A DNA stretch of 61,867 bases, counting the filler, from Fonticula-like sp. SCN 57-25 (Eukaryota), in the NCBI GenBank assembly GCA_001724245.1. It is 11 parts of 11 records of this genome, joined end to end, with 100 filler letters (N's around TTAATTAATTAA, not from the genome) between each part and the next. Parts side by side here need not be neighbours in the genome. Positions count along the whole stretch, not along the records: positions 33,865 to 39,390 come from MEDX01000557.1; positions 39,491 to 45,013 come from MEDX01000558.1; positions 45,114 to 50,636 come from MEDX01000559.1; 8 more parts are not named here. One strand, written 5' to 3'. This document shows, piece by piece, positions 37,784 to 49,285 of this stretch (within the stretch, counting starts at the first letter, position 1; every line of letters starts with the position of its first letter). Made by a program: the position numbers and the translations under genes. The notes beneath the pieces are model-generated. The model worked only from the letters and a program-made list of their open reading frames with translations, was not told where the DNA came from and made no database searches.

Positions 37784-37856
37784 TTACTCTCAGTTGTGTG
37801 ACGTGGCAAACTGGGTGTTCAAGTGTGTTTGTTTTTTTTTTTGTTTAAAAAAATTC

Positions 37857-38008
37857 AAATGAGAGCATCAATTATGAAAAATGGGAGTGTCAATTATGAA
37901 AAATGAGAGTGTCAATTGTGTAAATGATAGAATCAACAAGGCAAATGAGAGCATCCACTATGAAAAATTATCGTATCACAAATGATAGAATCAACAAGGC
38001 AAATGAGT
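37857..38008. repeat. Degenerate ~21-bp tandem repeat plus a duplicated 28-mer
   Basis: AAATGAGAGCATCAATTATGA-like units; AAATGATAGAATCAACAAGGCAAATGAG occurs twice (~37922 and ~37980). Confidence 0.7.
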
Positions 38009-38347
38009 TTTGTGGAATTACCACTCATATTGTCATTGGAGACTCAGAATAATTCATAATATTCTCCAATGCATTGACCCAATCACAACAACAACAACAC
38101 CTGGGATCTTTATGGGAAATGATTTGTGCACAACAATTTCCAGTTACTGTTTTCTTTCCCTCCCAAAATTCTCTATTGACCAAATTGATTATTTGCGATT
38201 GGCACTAACATGTAGCTGTGAGATGGTGGACATGGGTATTATGTTAAACAATTTTTTTTTTCAATTGTGACAGCTCAATGAATAACATTCTGTAAATTGA
38301 AAAAATTTTCCTGCCCAATGGTGAACGTGCAACAGAAAATTCACATG

Positions 38348-39390
38348 CTAGTCATCTTCGTCTTTTCCAATTGTGATGTGCCCTTGGCCAAAAATAAGCC
38401 AAAAAATACCACCAATTGTGTAGAGGACAATCATTACAACAAAGACAATAGTCCAACTCTTTGTCAAATCTAATATCAATCCAGTTACAATCGGTCCAAC
38501 AATACCAGTGATATTGGAAAAAGTGTTTCCAATACTATACACAAGTGCTGCATACTTGGGTGCACAAATATCCTGTTACAGTGTTACGATAGGGAAATTA
38601 TAAAGATATCTCCAACTCCTCTCATGACGTACCAGATGATTCACAGAAACTGATGCATTGGTAAAACTTGCAAGACCTAAGCACAGACAAATATACACCA
38701 GGGCAAAGTAAATATTCGGCGCTGCAAATGCACACAGGATAAGCATGCAAGCGGGACCAAACATGCCGATTGAATTCATGATGCAACGAGTGCTCCGTAC
38801 AGAGATTGACAATTTGGCAATCATCAAATCAGCCATCAATCCACAGGCAATGCAAACAACACCCTGAATAGCAAACGGGAGCATTGCAAACCAACCCAAA
38901 TTGTCAATAGAGACTTGGAATTTGGATGAATAAAACTGGAAATCTAAGCATCTATCATTACCATCATTCAATTGACGTACAGTTGGAAGCCATGTGAGCA
39001 TAAAGTAAAACCCATAGCTGTTACAGAATTGTCCAATGAAAATGGACCAAGCAGCAGGAGAGAGGAAAATATCCTTCAAAACAACAAGCTTTGAAACGAC
39101 AACACTCATTGTCTGCCTACCACTTGTGTGTCCATCTCTTTCTGAATAAAGTTGCCTAGACTTGGTTGACTGTTGTTTACAATGTAAAATCCTAATAGAG
39201 TAGAAGATGAGTAGATGAGTAGATGATGAGTAGAAGAAGAGTAGAAGACGAATAGAAGATGAGCAGTGATAGTATTAAACACAACAACAAACCGCCACAC
39301 AATCACATAGGGGCCCCACACAACTGCAATGAACACAAGCCCTGCCAGTCCAAAGCTGTAAAAAATTGTTGGCCATCCGTAGGCGCTGAT
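38348..39390 (-). CDS. SLC17/ACS-family MFS anion transporter (5' partial)
   Basis: YGWPTIF, FCNSYGFYFMLTWLPT, VNHL|DICAPKYAALVYSIGNTFSNITGIVGP. Confidence 0.9.
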
Positions 39391-39490
39391 NNNNNNNNNN
39401 NNNNNNNNNNNNNNNNNNNNNNNNNNNNNNNNNNTTAATTAATTAANNNNNNNNNNNNNNNNNNNNNNNNNNNNNNNNNNNNNNNNNNNN

Positions 39491-42400
39491 TATGTTGCCG
39501 ATGGCCAGTGCCGCGAGTGCAGCGCCACGTGTACGTCATGCAGCGGCGCCGGCGACTCGGCGTGCACTTCCTGCCCCACCGGCAAGGTGATGGAGGAGGG
39601 CGCGTGCGTGTCGTCGTGCAACTCTACGAGCACGGCCAATCTTGCCGGCACGTGTACGCAGTGCACTTCGCCGTGCGCGTCTTGCTCGGCGCTCACGAGC
39701 ACGTCTTGCCTTTCGTGCGGCGCTGGAATGCTTCTTCACGGCTCCGAGTGCGTCGCTTCGTGCCCCGCTGGCACGTACAATGCCGGCGACGGGACGTGCG
39801 CCACATGCCACTCTTCGTGCGGCACGTGCAGCGCTGGCGGCGCCTCGGCGTGCACGTCGTGCTCCAATGTGCTGAACGTGCTGTCGGCTGGCACGTGCGT
39901 TGCTTCGTGCCCGTCGGGTATGTTTGCCGACGTCAACTATGAGTGCAAGCCGTGCACTGCGCCGTGCACCACGTGCGTCAACTCTGCTTCTTTCTGCACG
40001 GCGTGCGCGGGCGGCACGGCCCTTCCGGTGCCGTTCATGGGCAGCTGCGACGCGTGCCCCACTGGCGCCTTTTTCGACGGCACCACCTGCGACGAATGCG
40101 GTAGCTCGTGCGCCACGTGCGAAGATGACTCGACGTGCGAGACGTGCAGCGACGGCAATTTTATGCGCGCCGCAACGAGCGAGTGCGTTTCTGATGATAT
40201 TTGCTCGAGCTTGCCCGGCGTTGTGATTGGCGACGACTGCGTTGACTGCGACTCGTCGTGCAACTCGTGCGATGGCCCGTTGTCGACCGACTGCAAGACA
40301 TGCTCGCTGCCCAATTATTGGAACGCGGCGAACGGCACCTGCACGCCGACGTGCCCCGACGGCTACTATGGCGACCCCGACGCGCTGCAGTGCCTGCAGT
40401 GCACGTCGCCGTGCGGAAAGTGCACATCGTCGTCGCCGAGCAGCTGCACGGCGTGCGAACCGGGCCTTGTCCTGAACGGAAATGTGTGCCGCGCCAACTG
40501 CGACGCGGGCGAGTACGCTGACGCGAACGGCGTGTGCACTGCCTGCGATGCTTCGTGCGCCACGTGCTCGAGCGGCGCGGCCGACGCGTGCCTTTCGTGC
40601 GCCGACGGCAACATGCGCCTCACTGCCGGCACGTGCACCACTGTCTGCAACAATGACGAGTTTGTCAACTTTGACGATGACTGCGCGTCGTGCAAGCCGC
40701 AGTGCACAACGTGCTCTGGCTCTGCCGGTTACTGCACTTCATGCACGGACGGCTCGCTTGTCGCCATGCTCGGCGTGTGCCAGGCCACGTGCGACGACGG
40801 CTTTGTTGCCAACGGCGCCCTCTGCGTCGCCTGCGACGAGTCCTGCGCCACGTGCTCAGCCACCGCCAACAATGCTTGCCTCACGTGCCCGCCCGGCTTT
40901 TTCATGCGCTCTGGCGAGTGCGTCACCGAGGCGCAGTGCGTCGGCAACCGCGGCATGATTGTCGGCGACGCGTGCGAGCCGTGCGCGTCCGAGTGCCGCA
41001 CGTGCACCAACACAACCTCGAGCGGCTGCCTCACGTGCGCGACGCGCGGCTATATCATGACGGGCGGCGTGTGCTCGCCCTTCTGCCCCGACGGCTACTA
41101 CGCGTCCGACGATGGCGTGTGCACGCTCTGCACGTCGCCGTGCGAGAAATGCACCGGCGCGGGCATTTGCGAGACGTGCGTGTCCGGCTCGTACCTTTCC
41201 GGCACGACCTGCATGACCTCGTGCCCGCCGCGGACGTACATGTCGGGCGACCGCTGCGAGCCGTGCGCGTCGTCAGACTGCCTCGCATGCGACGACGGGT
41301 CCGCCGACTCGTGCTCGGTGTGCGCGCCGCCGTCGTACCTGACGGAAGGCCGCTGCTTTGCGTCGTGCATGGAGAGCTCGTACCCCGTGGCCGCCGGCGT
41401 TCTTCGACTTTGCCTTGACTGCCCGCTCGAGTGCGGCGCGTGCACGCTGCCGTCGCAGTGCACCAACTGCCGCAACGACTCTTATGTTTTGCTTGACGAC
41501 CGCTGCGTCGCAGCGTGCCCCGGCGGCAACTACATTGCTTCCGACGGTCAGTGCCTGCCGTGCCACAGCGGCTGCTCGCGCTGCTTTGGCGGCGCCGCCG
41601 ATGAGTGCATGGCGTGCTCGTCCGTCTCGTCTGCCCTCTTTGAAAACGAGTGCATTGCCTCGCTGGACTGTGCCATGGCCGGCGGCTCGCCGCACTATGC
41701 CTCTGGCGGCGCATGCCTCCGCTGCGACCCTTCCTGCGCGAGCTGCACCGGCAGCGACCACGAAAGCTGCACCGCCTGCCCCCCCGGCCACGTTCTTCAA
41801 GCCGGCATGTGCCTTGACGAGTGCGACGCGCGCTGGTTCGAGTCGTCGCCCGGCATTTGCAGCGAGTGCTCGCTCGTGTGCGACTCGTGCGCCGACACGT
41901 CCGACCACTGCACTGCCTGCCCGCCCGGCCTTTTCCTGCACGGCAGCACGTGCATTGCCAACTGCCCCGTCGGCACATTCGCCACGGCCGAATTCGAGTG
42001 CGCGCCGTGCTACTCTTCGTGCCTTCGCTGCGACGGCCCGAGCCCCTCCGACTGCCTTCAGTGCAACACGACGACCACCGTGCTCGACTTTGGCTACTGC
42101 AACCCGCAGTGTCTTCCCGGCACGTACGCCGCGCTCGGCGTCTGCGAAGCGTGCGACCCGATGTGCCTCGCCTGCAATGGCACAGCGGCAGTTTGCTCGT
42201 ACTGCGCCGTTCCGACCGACAACCTTTACGCTGGCGGCTGCGTCACGACGTGCCCCGACGGCTACTACGCCGAGGAGCAGATCTGCTACAAGTGCGACCC
42301 GACCTGCCGCACGTGCACTTCGGGCGGCGCCGACGCGTGTCTCATCTGCGCCGACGTGCGAACCTTTAACGAGAATGTGGGCAATAGCACGACTGGCTCG

Positions 42401-43477
42401 TGCACGTGCCCCGTTGGTCTGTTTGACGCGCCCGACACGCCGACGTACCTGTCGGCGTACAATCAGGGACTGTGTCTGGACTGCACGCTCATGCCGGGCG
42501 GGTGCAGCGGGCTGCTCGCGGTCAGCTCGCCGGCCGAGCTCGCCGTCGCGCTCGCAATTCCGGTTGTCAGCATTCTTGTGCTGCTGCTGATTGCGTACCT
42601 GCTAAAGAGAAAGTACCCGCATTCGAATGCCTATGTGCTGCTCGGGTTGGCCATGGGTGTCTACACGGTGGCGACCAATATTATTTTCCTGATTTATCTG
42701 CAGGAGATTCCGGGGCTGCAGATTGAGTATTACGTCATGATTGTGACGCTCAGTGCGACGGCGGCATTCAATATTGCGTCTATTCTCTACGCCTATATCG
42801 CCACCATCAAGAGCTCTCTCTACGTACGTGCAAACTTCATGTTGTTGAAGATGGTTTGCTAACAATATTGAAACTCTTTTGATGTTTTTTGATGTTTTTT
42901 TATGGTAATTTTTTCATTTTTGATGCATTTCTGGATGTTTTTCCATGTTTTTCTATCATTTTTCCATGTTTTCCTTTCATTTTCCTTTACTTTTCCTTTA
43001 CTTTTCCTCACTCAGGGCATTGAGTTCTTCCGCCGCCACTGGGTCACTGTCTCCCTCGTCGGCTTTGTCGGCATCCCCTCCAACGAAGCCGTCCCCCTCC
43101 TCAGCTCGCGCCTCTTCAACCGCCCCGAGCTCTCTCTCACGTGGCCCGAAGGCCTCGAAAACCGCGTCGGCGCCATCGGCGTCGCCACGACGCTCCTCGG
43201 TGATTTGCCGCGCTTTGTCATCCAAATCTTTGTCGCGACCCAAATCGGCCTTTCAATTGTGCTGTTCCTGACACTGCTTGGCTCGGGCGCCGGCATGCTC
43301 GTCGGCCTTTTGCGGCGCATTGTGCTCATTGTCATTTCGCGGCACCAGAGCCGCCACAGCGCGTTCCTGTCGCCAGAGGATAAGCAGTTTGGTATTGAAA
43401 TGTCGGGCAAGACGATTCATAACTCGCTCAGTACAATGCCAAAGAAGGCGACTGGGCTTGTCGTGCTGTCAGAGTAG
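39491..43477 (+). CDS. Furin-like Cys-rich repeat surface protein with ~6-TM C-terminal module (5' partial)
   Basis: About 20 CxxCxxxCxxC..CxxC..C..CPxGxY repeats, then hydrophobic helices; intron 42824-43015; LLSSRLF..LLGDLPRFVIQIF. Confidence 0.88.
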
Positions 43478-43700
43478 CCAATGTGGCATGCTATATTTAG
43501 TTTTGTTATGGATGTGAGATGGGAGAAGCGAGAGATGCTTTGCTTGAAGGCGTTTGTCCCCTTTTTAGTCTGATTTTCATCTATTATTTTGTGATTCTTG
43601 CGTTATTATCGCGGCGCGCGCCGTCCGTGTACAATTCATCGAATGAGTTTCAATATTAAAAGTACAATTAAAATGCATATTTTCTGTTCAGTTTTCGTGT

Positions 43701-45013
43701 TTAATCGACCGATGGCATGCGCTCCCATATGAGCACCAGATTGTCGTCCGTTACGGCAACGATAAACAGGCCAGAAGGCGAAATTCGGACCCTTCTTATT
43801 GGCGCGCACGTCAGGTCATTCGTCAATGTCTGCCAATAACAGCGATGTGTTAGTCGTATTTAACCAATTAAAAAAGCGTTATTTAGTGACGTACACGTGC
43901 CGGCTGTGTCTTTTTAACTTGCTTTTCCTTTTCCGGCGATCCTTCCGCGAGCTCCGCCGCCGGCACTTCATATAACAAAACCCTCCCCATATGATCGCCC
44001 GCCGCGACCACCAATGCCGGCTCGCGCGCCGACCCCGACTCTGGCACGTGCTGGTGCGCGTGAAACCGCAAAAAAAACAGGTTTGTGTGCGGAAAGCTCA
44101 GCCTTGCCGCCACATGGCCCAACTGACCCGTCCCATTGTGCCGCCTAACCACAATTTCTTCGTCGCACGCCGCCTTGTAGGCAAAGTGCGTGTCGCCAAT
44201 GGCCTCTACGCAGTCAATGACGCTCGTGCCGACGTCCAAAAACTGCGCAGCAGCAAGTTCTTCGCGCACTTCCTGGCTCGGGTTGTCCAGCTCGTCTTCA
44301 GGCACAACGTCGGCGAGGTCCAGTGTCCACATGTGGCCGCGCGCGCCGCCGGCGATCCCGAGGATCCCGTCGACATCGGCGATGCAGACGGCCATAATGT
44401 CGGCGGAGGTGCTCAGGCGAAAGAGGCGCAAGAGCTGGACGTCGAGGGCGGCGTCGCTGTCGCCAATGTTCCAGAGCGCGACGAGGCCGTCGGCGTGCGC
44501 GCTCAAGAGGCGGGTGGAATCGCTGCGGTGGAAGGAAAGAGCGTGCGCGGGGCGATCGACGCCGCGGGCGACAACGTAGCAGGCGGAGCGGACGGGGCTG
44601 AGAAGCTTGATCGTGCCTTGCTTGCCGGCGGCGGCGAGCACGGGGTACTCATCGCCAAAGTCGGTCCAGGCGAGGCAGTAAAAGTCGTCCTGATGGGGAT
44701 CGCGGTAGCGGGCCTTGACGACGCCGCTCGTGGCGGCGGTGAAGTTGACAGTGTCGCCGCCACACGTAGCTAGCCAGCAGTCTGAAAAGAGAAAGGATGA
44801 GGCGGGGATTTAAGGGGCGAGATGGTGGCGCACCGCCATCGGCGATCTGAGCAAAGGCGGCATCCCATACTGGCGACAGGTCCATGGGGTCATCATTGAG
44901 ACTATGGCAGCGAAGCGCATGTCGTAACGTAAACACTAGAAAAAGAGTATGAAAATGAGAAAAGAGAAGCAGAGCTGTGATGAAAGGAGCGCACCCGACC
45001 CGACGAACGACAT
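43701..45013 (-). CDS. LRWD1: LRWD1/ORCA-like WD40 protein
   Basis: LRCHSLNDDPMD..VWDAAF, ATCGGDTV, FYCLAWT, VLAAAGKQGTIKLL, LWNIG and IVAVTDDNLVLIW resemble the LRWD1 WD40 region. The ATG is at the contig edge. Confidence 0.7.
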
Positions 45014-45113
45014 NNNNNNNNNNNNNNNNNNNNNNNNNNNNNNNNNNNNNNNNNNNNTTAATTAATTAANNNNNNNNNNNNNNNNNNNNNNNNNNNNNNN
45101 NNNNNNNNNNNNN

Positions 45114-45786
45114 TTTTACCTGAACCGCCCATGCATGGGCGTCGTGTACATCTTCACCTTTGGTCTCTTCACCATCGGCTTCTGGATCGACCTCTGCCTC
45201 ATTCCCGGGTACGTTTCCCCTTTTGCGCACCCGCGCGCTCATCGTGTTGCTCTTTAGATACGTTGAGGAGGTACGAATAGGGCGTCGCCGCCACGTGTCG
45301 CGCCGCTCGCGAGGTCATGATGTGTTAACACCTTTTTTGTAGGCGAATCGCGGCGCTGGCGGCGTGACCAACGTCACTGTCGTCACGACCGCCCATCACC
45401 CGGCCCAGGGCTACCCGCCGCAGGGCTACCCGCCGCAGGGCTACCCGCCGCAGGGTTACCAGCCGCAGGGCTACCCGCCGCAGGGCTACCCGCCGCAGGG
45501 ACAGCCGCCGCAGGGATATGGAGGCTACCAGGGCTACAACCCGCAGTCGCCGGCCGGCTCGTCCTCCAACACTGCGCTTCCGCAGGGCTATCCTGGCGCG
45601 CCTGTCGGCTCGTCCTCCAACACCGCCCTTCCGCAGGGCTATGCTGGCGCTCCTCCGGCTGCCTCGGGTTCCAACCCCGCGCTCCCGCAGGGCTATGCGC
45701 CGTACCCCGGCCAGTCGGCCAGCGGTACCGTGACCCCCACCTCGCCTATGGCGCCGCCGACCTACGATTCGAAGCCGCCTATGTAA
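45114..45786 (+). CDS. TM2-domain protein with GYPPQ-repeat tail (5' partial)
   Basis: YLNRPCMGVVYIFTFGLFTIGFWIDLCLIP; 15-bp tandem CAGGGCTACCCGCCG at ~45406-45510. Confidence 0.8.
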
Positions 45787-46011
45787 ATCTCGTGTCGTCA
45801 AGGGCGGTCAGTATATTTCGACCGCGGCCAATATATTCAAAAGTTAATACAACCTCCAGCTAGTATAGATGTATGTTTTGTTCCCGTCAATATATCTCGA
45901 ACGTCTCTTCAATTCTGCTGTGGACTTCCCCGCAACACAACGCAGTCGTTCGTTGACCGCCCACGTTCAGGGGCTGCCCCTCCACCAAACATGCTAAACT
46001 TGGTGGGTCTG

Positions 46012-46061
46012 CCACATATGGAAGGAGCTGCCAAATATGGAAGAATTACCAAATATGGAAG
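46012..46061 (+). promoter_or_regulatory. Three tandem CArG (SRF/Mcm1) boxes
   Basis: CCACATATGG 46012, CCAAATATGG 46031, CCAAATATGG 46049, each followed by AAG; CCAAT box near 46087. Confidence 0.6.
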
Positions 46062-46165
46062 TGGAAGGTCAGCTGCGCGCGCGCGCCAATCACGCGCTCG
46101 TGTTGCTTCGATAAGGCTTGAGGGTCTCCCCGGTTCTCCGCGTTTTGTTTCTCACCCCGCCCAAC

Positions 46166-47150
46166 ATGTGGGTGTCGAGATTGGCGTTCCTCGCCGTCCT
46201 TGTGGTCGCGGCCACGGCGGCTCGCATGCCCCCGCAGATGACCCGCGACGAGCTCCTCAGCTTGCCCCCGGCCGTCCTTTCCCACGTTATTGAGCGGTAC
46301 GCCATGCGCTTTTTTTGCGCGCCATCTGCTTACGCATCGTTCCTTTTCTGCTTTGCGCTCTCAGCTACCAGTCCTCCGTCTACGGCGAGGGCCCTTCGAC
46401 CCGCATGATTGTCGGCGGCGAGGAGGTTGACCCCGCTTTCAAGTACCCCTTCATGACCGCCCTCCTCCGCTCGTCGGGCTCGCTCTTCTGCGGCGGCTCG
46501 CTCGTCAACGAGTCGTGGGTTCTCACCGCTGCCCGTGCGTCCTCGGACTGGATGACGTAATCGTATCTAACTATGTGTGCTTAGACTGCTCGACTGGCAC
46601 TGACCCGGCCACCGTCAGCGTGTCCGTTCGCCGCCACGATCTTGGCCGCTCCGCTGCTGTCGAGGGTGGCTTTGACCGCGACGTTGCCGAGATCATCATC
46701 CACCCCGACTACCAGCGCCTGACCTACAACCGCGATGTGGCCCTCTGGAAGCTCTCCGAGCCCATCACCGATGTTGAGGTTATCCCGCTTGACACCACGG
46801 GCCGCTTTGACGCTGCCGGCAACGTTGCTACCGTCATCGGCTGGGGCACCACCTCGGAGGGCGGCTCCGTCACCGACGTGCTTCGCGAGGTCGAGGTCCC
46901 GCTTATGACCAACGAGGACTGCGACGACGACTACCCCGGCGAGATCTACGACGAGATGCTTTGCGCTGGCTACCCGCTCGGCGGCAAGGACGCCTGCCAG
47001 GGTGACTCTGGAGGCCCGCTCTTCTACGAGGGTGTCCAGGTCGGTGTTGTGTCCTGGGGCTACGGCTGTGCCCGCCCCGGCTCCGCTGGTGTCTACGCTC
47101 GCGTTTCGGCCCTCGCCGACTGGATCGTCGAGACCATCAACAGCAACTAG
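46166..47150 (+). CDS. Secreted trypsin-like serine protease (S1A)
   Basis: Signal and propeptide, IVGG, LTAA|HC (His codon split by an intron), DVAL, GKDACQGDSGGP. Confidence 0.96.
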
Positions 47151-47349
47151 ACTGTTTCCCATTTCGTGTAGTTGAACAACTATTACCATACAAAATCATT
47201 ATTTATTCATCAAATGTCCAGCTTAGAATAACCATATATAACAAACATTCCAATTCCCACTTGAACAAAGAGCTACAACATAAACCACCACTGCAACATT
47301 GAACACCCCGAGTAGAGGGGCGGCTTGATGCTGTCAAACGATGGTTGAT

Positions 47350-47658
47350 TTACAGAATCTCACGCCCGTCACGAAACGCAACCCCGCGCTATAGAAAAAA
47401 GGACAACTTCGTGAGCTCGCCATTTCAAAATGTGCGCAAAAATACGAACCCGAAAAAGAGTCTGCCGTCTCGCGGGGTCGGTCTCTTCCCTGTGCCGTTC
47501 AAACTCCTTTGGGACAGTCAGTAGTGCGAAAAGGCAAACCGAGCACCACGCACCTGCCGCAATCTCGTCCTGTACCATACGCTATCTGTGAAACGAAACG
47601 TATTCGACTTGCGCAGAATGCTCCTGTAGAGCGCTAGGACTTCCGCCGTTCCGGCCAT
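47350..47658 (-). CDS. LYR-motif microprotein, AltMIEF1 (L0R8F8)-like; 3 exons
   Basis: Spliced MAGTAEVLALYRSILRKSNTFRFTDSVWYRTRLRQ|EFERHREETDPARRQTLFR|RGVAFRDGREIL*. Confidence 0.8.
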
Positions 47659-47704
47659 GACGCACGATGGATGGGCGATACGCAAGTACACGTGACTAAC
47701 AAGA

Positions 47705-47724
47705 TTTTGCGCGGGAAATTGAAA
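47705..47724. promoter_or_regulatory. E2F-like site plus CHR-like element upstream of PCH2
   Basis: TTTTGCGCGGGAAATTGAAA ends ~24 bp before the ATG. Confidence 0.45.
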
Positions 47725-47747
47725 TTTGATCACTTTTGTTTTGTGCC

Positions 47748-49229
47748 ATGGCGCTGCACGGTACGCGCCAACCATGAGGAGAGGCAAGGAGACTGACGCT
47801 GGCGTGTTGCTTTGCAGTGGAGTGTTGCTTGGATGAGCGCAGCACGGCGGACTTTGCGCAGGTGGCGGAACACTTGAAGAATGTGCTGCTGGCCGGCGGA
47901 CCATTGCTTCCGAACAGTGCCATCGCGCCGCCGGACGATTTTCTGCGGCAGCATGCCGAGTTCATGTATGTGCGAGGCCACGAGGATGAAAACTCGCCTG
48001 TTGCCGTCACCAATGAAAACCTAGTGGTCCACGTCTACCAGCTTTCTAATGAACCTCCTTTTGCCGACTCGGAGGGATCCGCGAGCGATTCCGTCGCCCT
48101 GTCACACCAGTTGATCTTGCCGTCGCGCAGTCTCCACGGCCTATGGGATAGGTAAAGCGATTGTGAAATTGGGACCTTTGTGTTTAATGCGTGTGTGCTT
48201 AGTTTGATCTTTGAGCCTGGAGTGAAAAGCAAGCTCTTTGACTACGTCCGTACGACACTTCTCTTCTCCGACCGCAGCATCGACAGCAACATCATTTCGT
48301 GGAACCGGGTGATGTTGCTGCACGGCCCGCCGGGTACAGGCAAGACAAGCATGTGTCGTGCATTGGCGCAGCAGCTTGCCATTACGAGCGCCTCCCGGTA
48401 CGTTTGTTTCTTCTCGTTTGCCCAGGCTCATTCGCGCGGTAGGTATTCGTCGCACTATCTCGTCGAAATCAACAGCCACAGCCTCTTTTCAAAGTGGTTT
48501 TCGGAGAGCGGAAAGCTTGTTCAAAAGATGTTTGGTCGCCTCAACGATATGCTGGATGATCCCTCGGCATTCCTCTTTGTTTTGATTGATGAGGTTGAGA
48601 GCCTGACGGCTGCTCGTCGCGGCGCGATCTCGGGGTCGGAGCCATCCGACGCCGTTCGCGTGGTCAACGCAGTGCTCACGCAATTGGACCTCATTAAGCA
48701 GCGCCCCAACGTACTTATCATGACCACCTCCAACCTGACCGACGCCATCGGTGCGCTCGACTCGCTGGCCCGAGCTTGACTGCTAACGCGCGGTAACAGA
48801 CGATGCTTTCATCGACCGTGCTGATATCAAACAATACATTGGCTTGCCTGGTCGGGACGCGGTTTACCAGATTCTTCGCTCGTGTGTGCAAGAACTCATG
48901 CGCGGCGGAATTATTGAACCTCAGGTATGCGATGCGTGGGATCCAAGCATCACCTTCCTAACATACTCTAGGTGCTCCTCCTTGAAACAAACATCGTCAA
49001 GCATATGCTGCACATGGCCAATGACATGACGCAGTGGAGCTGCAAGCTGTATGCCATTGCCGGCAAGGCCGTGGGCCTCAGCGGCCGCGCCCTGCGAAAG
49101 CTCCCGTTCCTTGCGCATGCGCTCTTTGTTCAAGTCGCGAGCACATCCGTCGAGAGCTACCTCGTCGCGCTCGACAAGGCAATTGACCACGAGATAGCGG
49201 CGCGCTCAATGATGACCGTTAAATCGTAA
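47748..49229 (+). CDS. PCH2: Pch2/TRIP13 AAA+ ATPase
   Basis: [78 protein letters not shown]. Confidence 0.96.
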
Positions 49230-49285
49230 TAATTGTATCCATACATTGTCAAAAATTATAGTCATACAAGAGTTGTGGTCTTTGG

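Noticed and set aside
37857-38008. Repeat-spacer pattern as CRISPR-like
   Set aside because: Only two copies of the longer unit, degenerate, in a eukaryotic context, with no cas genes.
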